A stretch of 64,000 bases of DNA, taken from IMG/VR virus record IMGVR_UViG_3300032242_002802, positions 4,075 through 68,074 of that record; one strand, 5' to 3'. The notes under the pieces were generated by a model, which saw only the letters and a program-made list of their open reading frames with translations, made no database searches and was not told the origin of the DNA. Shown in pieces: positions 48,561 to 59,518 of this stretch; position 1 is the stretch's first letter; every line of letters starts with the position of its first letter. This DNA comes from a virus. Made by a program: the position numbers and the translations under genes.

Positions 48561-49925
48561 ATGGCAAATTATAAGATTACTATAAAAAATCCAAAGAGTG
48601 ATAATGATAACAAAGTTGAAGGTCTTATATCATTTATTGAATTAGGTACAACTATAAGTTCAGTTGCTATACTGAACAACTTACCTAATCCATTTATAAA
48701 TTCTTTAACTGGTTTACCAGTAGATAATAATACAGGTAAATTAGAATATAAGGGAAAACCTTTTGCTAATTTGATACCTTTGAATATTTTGATAGATGAT
48801 GTTATTACTAATCTTAAAATTATGGTTATTAGTAAATATGGATTATTCTTTGATTTAATATATGAAGAAATTATTGTTAATCCAACTGAACCTATACCAT
48901 CATTAACACAATCTACTCCAACAACAAATACTATTTTTGGAACAGGTTCTACTCCAATAGTTGTGGCAACTAGTTCTACTGCCACTGCATCACAACCAAG
49001 AGAATATACATTTGATGTTCAAATTAAAGATACTTTTTACAATGCAGATATTGGATTTTTAACAATTACTGGTAAAGTAGATGATACATTTGTGTATGGT
49101 GATGAACAAGATACTATTGATCCAGAGTATTTAGAAGAACCATTTGTTGGAGAAGAAGAGCAATTAATAACATTAGAAGCAATAAATGTTGAAGCATTAA
49201 ATGATATTAAAGGATTTGACCCTGAAAATCCAGACCCTTCAATTTCAACAGATGCTGGTTCACCTTATCCAATACCTAAAAATAAGCAAGCTAATATTTC
49301 AGCAATTGTTGCTGCAATGAAAAGACATAAAATTACAAATAAATATACACAAGCTGCTATATTAGCAATTGTTAGTAAAGAAAGTGCTTTTGTTCCTAGA
49401 AATGAAGGTTCATATGCTAAGACAAGTGCTACAAGAATAAAGTCTATATTTGCTGCTTTTAGAAAATATAGTGATTCAGAGGTTGATAGAATTAAAAAAA
49501 TACCTAAACAATTCTTTGATATAATTTATGGTGGTAAAAATGGTAATGCAGCTGATGAAGGATATAAATATAGAGGAAGAGGATTTAACCAATTAACTTT
49601 TAAAGGTTTATATTTAGAGGCACAAAATAAAACAGGACATAAAATTGTAGCAGATCCAGACTTACTTAATACCATTGAGGTTGCCTCTGATTGTATTGTT
49701 GTTTATTTCTTACAAAGAATGGCAGGTATGCCAAGTAAGTATAGAACTCAGTATAATACATCAGGTGCTATTAATGATTTTAAAACATTAAATGATGCAG
49801 TTGGTGCTATTTATCATGCTAATGCAGGCTGGGGTCATTCATATAGTCTTATTGTTGCAGATTCAACAGGTGGTAGAAGAAAAGCATTTGCTGCAGCACC
49901 AAGTCTTTATAGTAATTTGGCTTAA
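48561..49925 (+). CDS. Tail-associated GH19/lysozyme-like peptidoglycan hydrolase
   Basis: AILAIVSKES, YGGKNGN, GYKYRGRGFNQLT, PDLL. Confidence 0.8.
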   Translation: MANYKITIKNPKSDNDNKVEGLISFIELGTTISSVAILNNLPNPFINSLTGLPVDNNTGKLEYKGKPFANLIPLNILIDDVITNLKIMVISKYGLFFDLIYEEIIVNPTEPIPSLTQSTPTTNTIFGTGSTPIVVATSSTATASQPREYTFDVQIKDTFYNADIGFLTITGKVDDTFVYGDEQDTIDPEYLEEPFVGEEEQLITLEAINVEALNDIKGFDPENPDPSISTDAGSPYPIPKNKQANISAIVAAMKRHKITNKYTQAAILAIVSKESAFVPRNEGSYAKTSATRIKSIFAAFRKYSDSEVDRIKKIPKQFFDIIYGGKNGNAADEGYKYRGRGFNQLTFKGLYLEAQNKTGHKIVADPDLLNTIEVASDCIVVYFLQRMAGMPSKYRTQYNTSGAINDFKTLNDAVGAIYHANAGWGHSYSLIVADSTGGRRKAFAAAPSLYSNLA

Positions 49926-49952
49926 AGATATAATAAAATTAATATATAGTTT

Positions 49953-52040
49953 ATGGCAGATATAACATACCTTAACAATCCACATGGTGCTGGTGCAACT
50001 TCTTCATTAACAGCTAGAGAATTAAAGATAAAAGAAGCAATTGATTCATCTGGTGATTTAAGATCAAATTTGGATAAAATAATAAATAGAGGTGATTTGT
50101 GGCCACAGGTGGCTAGAAATCCTAGTACTGGTCTTGGTGATAGTTTAGGATTTCTTCCTGTCTTATTAATTCCACCAAATAAAGATTTTAAAAATCCTAA
50201 TCCTGATGCAGTTAATCCAAAAATATTAATAAACTATGAGTTTAGTGATTGGTTAGGTCAAAAGATAACAAGTAAAGGTTTAATACCAGTAGAAACAAGA
50301 GATAGGTTTGAGGAAAGTAAAAATCTACCTAAAACTAAACAAGATTTAAAAACTCTACCATATAGTACAAGAGATAACTATTTAATATTTAATGATTCTG
50401 GAACAGATTATTTTAAACATGGTTTACAAGTACTTAATCATTTAACTCCAATTGAAAATCCAGTAAATGGTTTATCAGATTTAAGATTAAGTCAATTTAA
50501 AAACACTCCATTTGAAAACCAAGATCCAATTATTTTTGGATTTGAAGTTGTTATTGATGGTATTAGTTCACCATTATTAAATGGCTCAGTATCTGACTTT
50601 TTAAATAACTATAATATGATAAGTGAAATAAAAAGTAAGATACCTGTTTATGAAGATTTTAAACAACAATTTATAAAATTCTTTAAAACTATTGGTACAA
50701 TTACTATTAATAATGAACAAGTAAATTTAAGTAAAACTAAAACAGGATATGCACATAGTGAAAGTCCAAAGTCATTATTTCAAAGTGGTAGACAAGCTTA
50801 TATGAGTCATTACTTAAAAAAAGTTGAAGGATTAAATTTATTAACTGAAAGTAATGCTGCTGAAAAGAAAAAGTATTTAGTTAGTTATAGAACAGATGTT
50901 ATAAAGCTTGATTTTACAGAGGATGTATCAATGAGTTTAGGTACATTAGCACACTTATATAAACTTATGTATTGGTCAAAACCAAATGGTAAAAGTTTAG
51001 TTCCTGAGAATTTATTAAGATTTAATTGTGATATTATTGTATCTGAGGTTAGAAATTTTAATAGAGTTAGAAAAGCAATAGGTACAGGTGATTTAGAAGT
51101 TATAAAAGATAATTTATCAAGATATGTTTATTCTTTGAGAGAATGTCAATTTTATTTTAATTCAATGCCACATCCTACAGGTATTGATTTAAGTGAACAG
51201 GGAAAAACACATGATGTAACCACATTAGAATTTGATTTTAAATATTCTACTGTTAAGTTTGAGAAGTTTATGGAGACTAATAATGGATTTGGACAATATG
51301 TTGGATATGATGGTGGTGCAATATGGAAAGTTGGTAATCCAGGTGAAAGAGGAAGTAGAGGAAATACATCATCAACTACAGATACATCAATTCCAAAGTT
51401 TTACACAGTTGGTGGGAATAAATTCAGACAGAATGGTGTTACATCTCCATTTCTTATAAATAGTTATGGAAAAGGTTTACCTGGTGAAGAAGTTATTCCA
51501 CAGAAGCGTGATTTGGAAGCAGTTAAAATTGATGCAATTAAGGGTAAAAATATGGGTGCAACATTCTCAACAGAAAGTACACAATCAATTAGTGATAGAT
51601 TGCGTAGTAGAGCAGTAATACCTGATAAAAAAGGACCTACTTTTATTGAGAGATTAAAAGAAGCAGGTAAAAAAGCAGGTGAAGGTGCAATTAATTCATT
51701 AGAACAAAATCTTAAAGGTTCTAATTCTCCTATGAACTTCATTGAAAGATTAAAGGAATCAACAAAAAGTAATGTTAAAGTACAAATTGCCAATCTTGTT
51801 AATAATAGAGTAAATCTTTTATCAAGAACAATTAATAAATTAGGTATTGATTTTGTTGGTGGTAAAGGAGTTAGACCACCTAAGAATGTTTATTTACCTG
51901 ATCAAGGTCCTCTTGGTAATGCTTTAAGTAATATCTCTGATAGATTTTTCTATGATGTTAGGAATGATTTATTTGACTTTGCAGGTGGTGCACTTAGTAG
52001 TTTCTTAAATGGTGGTATAAGTAGTTTTACTAAAAAGTAA
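49953..52040 (+). CDS. Probable baseplate/tail structural protein
   Basis: Late motif upstream; position in the tail cluster. Confidence 0.5.
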   Translation: MADITYLNNPHGAGATSSLTARELKIKEAIDSSGDLRSNLDKIINRGDLWPQVARNPSTGLGDSLGFLPVLLIPPNKDFKNPNPDAVNPKILINYEFSDWLGQKITSKGLIPVETRDRFEESKNLPKTKQDLKTLPYSTRDNYLIFNDSGTDYFKHGLQVLNHLTPIENPVNGLSDLRLSQFKNTPFENQDPIIFGFEVVIDGISSPLLNGSVSDFLNNYNMISEIKSKIPVYEDFKQQFIKFFKTIGTITINNEQVNLSKTKTGYAHSESPKSLFQSGRQAYMSHYLKKVEGLNLLTESNAAEKKKYLVSYRTDVIKLDFTEDVSMSLGTLAHLYKLMYWSKPNGKSLVPENLLRFNCDIIVSEVRNFNRVRKAIGTGDLEVIKDNLSRYVYSLRECQFYFNSMPHPTGIDLSEQGKTHDVTTLEFDFKYSTVKFEKFMETNNGFGQYVGYDGGAIWKVGNPGERGSRGNTSSTTDTSIPKFYTVGGNKFRQNGVTSPFLINSYGKGLPGEEVIPQKRDLEAVKIDAIKGKNMGATFSTESTQSISDRLRSRAVIPDKKGPTFIERLKEAGKKAGEGAINSLEQNLKGSNSPMNFIERLKESTKSNVKVQIANLVNNRVNLLSRTINKLGIDFVGGKGVRPPKNVYLPDQGPLGNALSNISDRFFYDVRNDLFDFAGGALSSFLNGGISSFTKK

Positions 52041-52070
52041 ATGTAAACAACTCATCTTAATATATAATTT

Positions 52071-53987
52071 ATGGCAAAAGTAGAAGCAAATAAAACATAT
52101 GTTGGTGTTGTAGAAGACAATAGTGATCCAAAAAGATTAGGTAGAGTAAGAGTAAGAGTTTTAGATGTCTTTGATAGTCTTAAAGTTGAAGATATACCGT
52201 GGGCAACTCCTTGGAAAGATCTAAATGGTAATGTTGTTAACATACCAGAAAAGGGAAAAGTACTTCTTGTTGTTTTTGACCAAGGTGATGAGTACAAACC
52301 AGAATTTATTTCATCAGACCATTACAATGCAAATTTAGAAAAGAAATTAGTTTCATTGAGTGATTCAGATTATATTTCAATGAAATCACTTTTATTTGAC
52401 CATAAAACTCAAGTTTATGTTAATGATAAAGAAGGACTTAAATTAGACCACAAATACAATAATATAAACATAACTGAAAATACTATTGACTTTAACTTAA
52501 AAGACAACAATAGACATGTTAACATTGGTGATGCCACTGCAGGTCAACAAGCTATTTTAGGTAATCACTGGATGGATTGGTTTGATGAGTTTGTAGATAA
52601 TTTAATGGGTAATAATGGAGGTCCATATTTAGGAAACTTAGGTGCACCAGTTGTTACTAATCCTGCAATGATACAAGTTTTAATGAAGTATAAATCATTA
52701 AGAGATCCAGTTTTCTTATCTCATCATGTTAATATAGTTGATAATGATAAAATTAGTACAGTTAGAAATACACATAGAGAAGATAATCCACAATTAGGAG
52801 ATGCGTGGAATTCAACAAAAGTTGAAAATAATCTTACACAAAAAACTAATGAAGATTTCAAACCAGTTGAAGGACCTAAAGCAGAGTATGATGATAAACA
52901 TGTTGAACCTTCTATTAATAAACCTGTAACACCAGTTGGTGGAACTGCAGCAGGTGGAAGTACTGCATCTGCACAAATAGCAACAACTACACCTACAACA
53001 TCATCAGCTTTACCACCTGAGAATACTAATCCAGTAAAAGAACCTTTATCATCTGCTACATCTAATCCAAAAATAGATAAGATGATTACTTTCTTAAAAT
53101 CTAAGAAGTATTCAGTTTATGAAGATATAGGGGTTTTAAATATAGTTTCTATGCAATCACCAAGTAAAGATAGTGGTGAAGTTAGTAATAAGTTTGATGA
53201 TACATTAAATTTATTCTTCAAGAATGAAAGTGGAAATTGGGAGTTATTAGAATATCAAGTAACTACAATGCCTGGATTTGTTCCTAAGACAACTTCATTA
53301 CCTGATGGTGTTGGAATGTTGGCATTAGGACAATATGTTGACCAGTTAAAATTAGATACTTATATAGTTGATGCAAGTACAACACCATATAAGACTGATA
53401 GATGTTTAAAAGTAGGTGAATGTATTTTTCATATCAATGATACTAATGATAAATATAATTATAAGTCAACTACAATTAAAGCAAAATCAATTGTTTTAAT
53501 TCATAGATCAAGTAATGGGATTGCAGATTATGTATTTAATTATTCAGGTGGGGCTCATGTATTTAAAAACTCTACTCAATATGATCAATTCTTAGATTTC
53601 TGTGATAAACAAGTTAAGTTATCAAATAAGGCAGTATTTACTTATACTTTGTGTAAACAAAGTGAGTTTGATTCATTTGTACCTGTAGATGAAACAGAAG
53701 CAACTAAAGCAAATAATACAACTACAGAAATACCTAGTAATCCTGCTATTAATTGGGAAGTAGGTAAAAAAGTAAATAGTGAATTATCAGTTGATAATAA
53801 TATTAAAGTAGAGTGGATTATAACCAATGATACTCAACCTGGACATTATACATCTATATTAAAAAGTACTAATGGTAAAGATATTAAGAGTGAAACTTAT
53901 ACTGATACAGATTTGACCAAACTTGAAAAAACTTTAAGAGAACAAGCACTACAGGATTTTAATCAACTTAAACTTGAAAGAGGTTAA
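52071..53987 (+). CDS. Baseplate central spike (gp5/VgrG-like OB-fold N-terminus) with extra C-terminal domain
   Basis: YVGVVEDNSDPKRLGRVRVRV…IPWATP…PEKG..LVVFDQG. Confidence 0.8.
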   Translation: MAKVEANKTYVGVVEDNSDPKRLGRVRVRVLDVFDSLKVEDIPWATPWKDLNGNVVNIPEKGKVLLVVFDQGDEYKPEFISSDHYNANLEKKLVSLSDSDYISMKSLLFDHKTQVYVNDKEGLKLDHKYNNINITENTIDFNLKDNNRHVNIGDATAGQQAILGNHWMDWFDEFVDNLMGNNGGPYLGNLGAPVVTNPAMIQVLMKYKSLRDPVFLSHHVNIVDNDKISTVRNTHREDNPQLGDAWNSTKVENNLTQKTNEDFKPVEGPKAEYDDKHVEPSINKPVTPVGGTAAGGSTASAQIATTTPTTSSALPPENTNPVKEPLSSATSNPKIDKMITFLKSKKYSVYEDIGVLNIVSMQSPSKDSGEVSNKFDDTLNLFFKNESGNWELLEYQVTTMPGFVPKTTSLPDGVGMLALGQYVDQLKLDTYIVDASTTPYKTDRCLKVGECIFHINDTNDKYNYKSTTIKAKSIVLIHRSSNGIADYVFNYSGGAHVFKNSTQYDQFLDFCDKQVKLSNKAVFTYTLCKQSEFDSFVPVDETEATKANNTTTEIPSNPAINWEVGKKVNSELSVDNNIKVEWIITNDTQPGHYTSILKSTNGKDIKSETYTDTDLTKLEKTLREQALQDFNQLKLERG

Positions 53988-55507
53988 ACTGCATTAGATT
54001 GTTGTTTTTTAATTGCATCAAGTCCTTTATCATTCATTCTATGTAAGGCAACAGAATTCCAATCAACATGAGATATTTGTAATTTATTTTGAGTAAAGTC
54101 ACTCATCCATTTGAAACCAGTCCATACTTGTATATGACCATATAATTTACCTCCAGTATAGTCAACTGCAACTACATCACCTATTTGCCATTTATCAGGT
54201 GAGTTAAAATAATCTTTAGATAATTTTATTTTATTATTAAAATAACCGGTTCCTGTAAATGAATTACTACCATTCATTGAAAATGTATTGGCATTACCTC
54301 TTAACTGACCTACTTTTTTAACTCCAGTAAGTGCATATAGAACAGATAAGGTTCCTTGTGGACATAAACCATGAATACCTTTTATATATCCACTACTTAA
54401 ATTTCTATAATTAACTCTTGGACTTTTACCAAGTTCTCTAGCACAATCACCTGCCAATCTCAATAGTGAATCAAGATTACTAAATGGTTTAATATTTGCA
54501 GGTGTACCAGGTTCAACTAATTCACTATCACTATCTTCCTGATTAGAACTTACTTCATCTTGTAATTTTAACTCTGCTTCTTCAACACCTGCAAATGGTT
54601 CTTCTGTGTACTCATCAGATAAATCTGTAAGTTGATCATCTTGAACTATTGTTTCAATAATTTCTTTATTTTTACCAATAAATATTTTAAATGTTGTATC
54701 AATCTTAACTTTTATTGAATCTGGAAGTACAACAATTATAGGTTCTTTAGGTTTTTCATTTGTTGCAACTAACACAGCTGGTGTTGCTTCTGGTTGAATT
54801 GTTTTTAATGGACTTTTATAAGGTATGATAGAACAACTTTCATTATTAGGTGAACATAAAGCCAAGTCATAATTAGGTATTTTTCTTTTCCATTCACTAA
54901 TTAAAATATCTAATACTATTAGGTCAGTTCCTCTAAAATCTTTAGAATAAATAGTATATTCAAACTCATTGTTTTTATTTAGAGTTAAGTTTTGAGTTTC
55001 TTCTTTGTGAACAATTCTAATTGATTTATTAACACTTATAGGTTTAACATTACCAGTTTCTTTATAGTATGAAGGGTCATAAGTTATTTCTGTTCCATCT
55101 GGTTTACTATATTGTACACCACCCATAGTTGTTAAATCATCAGGATTTGTCCAAGATATATAAACTTCTGCACCATTGTTTAGATAATATGGATCATTCC
55201 CATAATTTCTAATTATAGGTGTAGTATCTTCCCAAGGATCTTGTATTATTGAGTAATATGTATTTGCATCAGTACTACCTAAGTTATTATTAGTTGCTAT
55301 AAAGTTATGAATGAAAAATAAAGGTTCAGTAGTATCTTTTATTTTATACCTAGCTTCTTGCCAAACAACATTACCATTATTAGTGCCTACTAATACCATT
55401 TCATTAGCACCAAATGTATGTTTATCTTCACTTAAAGTTACTTTGATGTCTAATGTACCTGACTTAATATTACTCTTTCTTACTCTTACTGATTTAATCT
55501 CTTTCAT
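53984..55507 (-). CDS. Tail-associated CHAP/NlpC-P60-like amidase
   Basis: C-terminal GLCPQG…GNAN…GDVVAV…YGHIQVW…WMSDF. Confidence 0.7.
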   Translation of the reverse strand: MKEIKSVRVRKSNIKSGTLDIKVTLSEDKHTFGANEMVLVGTNNGNVVWQEARYKIKDTTEPLFFIHNFIATNNNLGSTDANTYYSIIQDPWEDTTPIIRNYGNDPYYLNNGAEVYISWTNPDDLTTMGGVQYSKPDGTEITYDPSYYKETGNVKPISVNKSIRIVHKEETQNLTLNKNNEFEYTIYSKDFRGTDLIVLDILISEWKRKIPNYDLALCSPNNESCSIIPYKSPLKTIQPEATPAVLVATNEKPKEPIIVVLPDSIKVKIDTTFKIFIGKNKEIIETIVQDDQLTDLSDEYTEEPFAGVEEAELKLQDEVSSNQEDSDSELVEPGTPANIKPFSNLDSLLRLAGDCARELGKSPRVNYRNLSSGYIKGIHGLCPQGTLSVLYALTGVKKVGQLRGNANTFSMNGSNSFTGTGYFNNKIKLSKDYFNSPDKWQIGDVVAVDYTGGKLYGHIQVWTGFKWMSDFTQNKLQISHVDWNSVALHRMNDKGLDAIKKQQSNAV

Positions 55508-55508
55508 A

Positions 55509-56018
55509 TTATAATCCTCCTATTGAAAATTTACCATTTACTACTCTTACTGGTTCTCTTGGTGTATCTAAAACAACTGGTGATAAAGAATAATCATTCT
55601 CTATATAACTTTGCCTTGATGCATCTCTCTTAGTTGTTTTATTTGGTGTATTTGGTGTTCCTAATTTTTTAATAATTGAATTTTCATTTAATTTTGCAGG
55701 TGGTAAGTATCTAAAGTTTTCTAAGTCAGTTAGTGTTGTTGGATAATCTAAAACCATTCCTTCTTTTATATTTAAAGGATTGTCAATATTATTGATGTAT
55801 AATAAAACATCTATATCTTCTAAATATGTATCAAGATTTGAAATATCAATTGAATACATATTAGCAAAAACTAGGTCAATTCTCATCTCATCATCTTTAG
55901 TAACTAGATAGTTACTTATAGTAATATTTGGATTACTTATAAATGTAGGTGTGAATAAATCATAAAACCCAGTAGTTTGATCCTTTTTAACATATCTATA
56001 TAATGATTTTACATTCAT
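55509..56018 (-). CDS. Baseplate wedge protein (gp53/LysM-like)
   Basis: EMRIDLV…Y…LLYINNIDNPLNIKEGMVLDYP. Confidence 0.7.
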   Translation of the reverse strand: MNVKSLYRYVKKDQTTGFYDLFTPTFISNPNITISNYLVTKDDEMRIDLVFANMYSIDISNLDTYLEDIDVLLYINNIDNPLNIKEGMVLDYPTTLTDLENFRYLPPAKLNENSIIKKLGTPNTPNKTTKRDASRQSYIENDYSLSPVVLDTPREPVRVVNGKFSIGGL

Positions 56019-56035
56019 AATTTTATTTTAATTTT

Positions 56036-58111
56036 TTAAGCCAATTGTGTAAAGTCCAAATCAAGATAACTAACAGGTGTACCACTTGATGCATCTTTAA
56101 CTATCTGTTCACCAACAGAACTAGCTTCTTTAGTTGTTGATATAGCACTTGTAACTACTTGATTTTGTGTAGCACTGGTTGCTGAAGCCACTGCACCACT
56201 TGCAGCAGTTGTTACTGAATTAGCTGCCACTGCACCTGAATTATTCACACTTGATAATGATGGACTAGTGTTATTTGGTATAGGTGTAGTTGTTGCATTA
56301 TATCCATTTAAGGTAAATGGTGTATCTTGTTTAAGTGCTGCATTTTGTGCATCTTGTTGTGATAATGGTCCAACTGACACAACTGCAACACTATCTGTTG
56401 TTGATTTTTGTGCTGCTTGATTTGTCACATTTGATGTTGATGATTGATTTGAGTTACCTGCAATACTACCACTTGCACCTGTACTTGAAGTTGCTCCTGT
56501 ATCATTATAAACTTCACCATCTTCTGTTTTACCATTATTAACTGTTTCACCAGGTCTCAAACTATTTGTATCTTTTAATCCATTACTAACTCTTAAACTA
56601 CCTGCATTAAACTTAGCCAATATCTCTTGTAAACCCCAAGGTCTTGCATTTGTTAGTGAAAACTCTGCAGTTATACTTGATGGTAAATCATTAAATGCTA
56701 AATGAGGTCCTAATTTTAATGTCACATTTTCTGCCATATACATATCACCTGCACAAAATATAGGTCTTAAAGGATTACCAATTGTTATGTGCCAAGGAGT
56801 TGAAGGCATACCACTTAATGCATTTGCAATACCTTCAATTTCTAATCTATATTTTTGTATTGTCTTTTTAAATGATTCTTTTAGACTATCAAGCTGGTCT
56901 TTTACAATTTTACTTGCCTTACCTGCATTTGCTGCATTATCTTTATCCTCTTGTGTTTTTTTTGCATCAGCATCTTCTTTTTTTGGTGTTGTTAAATTAG
57001 TATAAAATGACTTAACTGCATTTACTAAACCATCTTTCATACCTTCAAGAGCAGTTGTTATATATTCCAGTATATCTGTACCAACTTTTTCTGGATGATC
57101 CAACCAAGTTTTAACTTGGTTTTCAAATTTTTTACTTAATCCATAAATATCACTTTTAGATGTACCAAATCTTAAAACATTTGCAATTAAATCTTGAAAT
57201 ACTATTGTTGGATCAATACCAGAAATAAACTTTTGTTCCCATTCACAAGTCATTTTAATACTTATGGAACATTTTAATCCAGAACCCGGAACTTCATAAC
57301 CTATAGTTTTTCTTCTTTTTGCTACTTTAATTAGGTTAGGATTACCTGATGGTAGTGGTTGTTCTAAACCATCTTCATTTAATATACCCATTTTTGCCAA
57401 AACTTTTCTTTGCAGTGTTTCTGTAAATCCTGGTAGAGATACTATATTAAGTGCTGCATTTCCTATATCACCTAATGCTAACTTATTATTCATTCCAAAA
57501 TCTTTACCTAAATCATTCATAACATTTGTAAAATCAGCATTGGCTTCTGTCCATTCTTCACCAAATTGTATATCGATAAAATCTTCATCAGGTATTTTCC
57601 AAGAAATCAATATTGCAGATGGTACTCCAGTAACTTTTGAACCTGCTTTCCCATAAATATTATCACCATGTGGGTTTAAAAATCTTCTTGCTATCATTAA
57701 TCTGTTATTAGGATAAACACCAACATCTTTTAAATATGCAAAATCACCAGGTCTTAATGCTGCTTCTGTACCTGACAATCTTTCTATAATATTTAATAAA
57801 CTTGTGTCATAAACTGCATTATTATGTAAAGTATTTTTATTAACTCCACCATATTTAGTCTTATCCATATTCTGACCAGTACCATTATCAGCTCCTATTG
57901 AACCTATATTTCCATAAGGTGATAATGTACTTTTACCACTAAGTAAAGATTCAGTACCTTTTTTATTGGCATTTGGATTTATACCTGAATTATATTTATT
58001 TACATTAATATTACGACTGGAACCTCCATTGAATGTGGACATACCTGTACCTTGAACTGGTGTACTTCTAACACCTATTAAACCAAGTGGTGAACCTCCT
58101 AAAATTGCCAT
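56036..58111 (-). CDS. Probable baseplate/tail-tube initiator protein
   Basis: Late motif upstream; PWHITIGNPLRP…FNDLPS…FSL; Ser/Thr/Ala-rich tail. Confidence 0.5.
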   Translation of the reverse strand: MAILGGSPLGLIGVRSTPVQGTGMSTFNGGSSRNINVNKYNSGINPNANKKGTESLLSGKSTLSPYGNIGSIGADNGTGQNMDKTKYGGVNKNTLHNNAVYDTSLLNIIERLSGTEAALRPGDFAYLKDVGVYPNNRLMIARRFLNPHGDNIYGKAGSKVTGVPSAILISWKIPDEDFIDIQFGEEWTEANADFTNVMNDLGKDFGMNNKLALGDIGNAALNIVSLPGFTETLQRKVLAKMGILNEDGLEQPLPSGNPNLIKVAKRRKTIGYEVPGSGLKCSISIKMTCEWEQKFISGIDPTIVFQDLIANVLRFGTSKSDIYGLSKKFENQVKTWLDHPEKVGTDILEYITTALEGMKDGLVNAVKSFYTNLTTPKKEDADAKKTQEDKDNAANAGKASKIVKDQLDSLKESFKKTIQKYRLEIEGIANALSGMPSTPWHITIGNPLRPIFCAGDMYMAENVTLKLGPHLAFNDLPSSITAEFSLTNARPWGLQEILAKFNAGSLRVSNGLKDTNSLRPGETVNNGKTEDGEVYNDTGATSSTGASGSIAGNSNQSSTSNVTNQAAQKSTTDSVAVVSVGPLSQQDAQNAALKQDTPFTLNGYNATTTPIPNNTSPSLSSVNNSGAVAANSVTTAASGAVASATSATQNQVVTSAISTTKEASSVGEQIVKDASSGTPVSYLDLDFTQLA

Positions 58112-58143
58112 AACTAAATATATTTTTTAGTATATATTAATAG

Positions 58144-58536
58144 TTAATAGTCACGTATTATCTGAGAATTTGAAAATTTTGATAAATTTGAAAAAACATC
58201 ATCAATTACTTCTGGGTTTCTTCTAAATTCATTGTAGAATATTAAAACATTGAAATTATTTTCTCCAAGTATCTTTTTAAGGTTTAAGAGTTTTTCTATT
58301 GAGAATTCATTGTCAAAGTCTGGAATGTAGTATATGTCTTTCTTTTTGTCTATTGCTTGTTGTATTTTATTGAATATGATAATCTTTAAGTATGTTTTGT
58401 CATCATTGAAGTCAACTTCTTCTTCTGCCATTATTTTATTAATGTCTATAATATATTTATTTTTTATAGCATTAATTTTAACAAATTTGTCAAATTTTTT
58501 TCTTGTTTTGCAATAGACACAAAAAAACTCCATCAT
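58144..58536 (-). CDS. Hypothetical protein
   Basis: 130-aa ORF. Confidence 0.6.
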   Translation of the reverse strand: MMEFFCVYCKTRKKFDKFVKINAIKNKYIIDINKIMAEEEVDFNDDKTYLKIIIFNKIQQAIDKKKDIYYIPDFDNEFSIEKLLNLKKILGENNFNVLIFYNEFRRNPEVIDDVFSNLSKFSNSQIIRDY

Positions 58537-58600
58537 CTACAATAATTTTTATTTTTTATATATAATTTGTTGTAAAGTCCCTTTTTTATAGGGTATTATA

Positions 58601-58628
58601 TATACAAAAATATACAAAAATATACAAA
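58601..58628 (+). repeat. Three tandem 10-bp direct repeats TATACAAAAA
   Basis: tatacaaaaa tatacaaaaa tatacaaa upstream of the HTH mini-gene. Confidence 0.85.
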
Positions 58629-58657
58629 GGTAGAGATGTATATTTAATATATAATAT

Positions 58658-58801
58658 ATGAAAGCCAAAGAAATATTAGAAAAATACAAAATTACAAGAA
58701 ATACTCTTTGTAATTGGGTTAAAAAAGGATGGATAGAAGTAGAACTAACTCCATCAGGTAGATATATTTATATAGATAAAATTAATAATAGTGATGAGTA
58801 G
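58658..58801 (+). CDS. 47-aa MerR-like/IS607-TnpA-type winged-HTH protein (not in the ORF track)
   Basis: MKAKEILEKYKITRNTLCNWVKKGWIEVELTPSGRYIY; overlaps the start of the GIY-YIG gene. Confidence 0.75.
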   Translation: MKAKEILEKYKITRNTLCNWVKKGWIEVELTPSGRYIYIDKINNSDE

Positions 58802-59498
58802 AGAAGTTTATATTTATACATTGAGTTATAAAGATGACATTAGATATGTTGGTAGAACTTTTAATGTAGATAAAAGATTAAAACAACATATAAATGAATC
58901 TAATAAAAATAATACACATAAATCAAATTGGATTAGAAAAGTTAAAGATATTAATATAGAGATTGTTGATGTTTGTGATGAGAGTAATTATTCTTTCTGG
59001 GAACAACACTATATATGTTTATATAAAAGTTGGGGATTTAATTTACTAAATATGACCATAGGTGGTGAAGGTGTATCAGGATATAAATATACAGAAGAGG
59101 ATAGATTAAAAAGGTCTATTAGAATGTTAGGTGATAAAAATCATTTTTATGGTAAAAAACATACATTAGAAACAAGAAAAATAATATCAGAAGTTGATAG
59201 ATATGGTAAAAGAAATTCTATGTATGGTAAAAAACATAAAAAAATATCTAAAAGTATTATGTCTAATAAAAAGATTGGTGTTTATGAAGGTGTTAATAAT
59301 CCAAGAGCAAAAAAGCTGTATCAATATGATACTGATAATAATTTAATTAGATGTTGGGATTTTGCCAAGGAATGTGCAGACTTTTATAATATTTCAAGAG
59401 GTAATATATCTACATTTTCAAAAAATAATACCAATGTTGATTTAAGTGGACAAGGGAAGTATAGAATATTAATAGGATTTATATTCAAATACCATTAA
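58794..59498 (+). CDS. GIY-YIG homing endonuclease with NUMOD3-like repeats
   Basis: VYIYTL…RYVGRT…RLKQH…EQHYI…NMTIGGEG; NHFYGKKHT and NSMYGKKH repeats. Confidence 0.85.
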   Translation: MSREVYIYTLSYKDDIRYVGRTFNVDKRLKQHINESNKNNTHKSNWIRKVKDINIEIVDVCDESNYSFWEQHYICLYKSWGFNLLNMTIGGEGVSGYKYTEEDRLKRSIRMLGDKNHFYGKKHTLETRKIISEVDRYGKRNSMYGKKHKKISKSIMSNKKIGVYEGVNNPRAKKLYQYDTDNNLIRCWDFAKECADFYNISRGNISTFSKNNTNVDLSGQGKYRILIGFIFKYH

Positions 59499-59518
59499 TT
59501 AAAAATAATATATAGTCT

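Noticed and set aside
58601-58801. Complete IS607 element
   Set aside because: No serine-recombinase catalytic domain or TnpB follows; only the HTH is present
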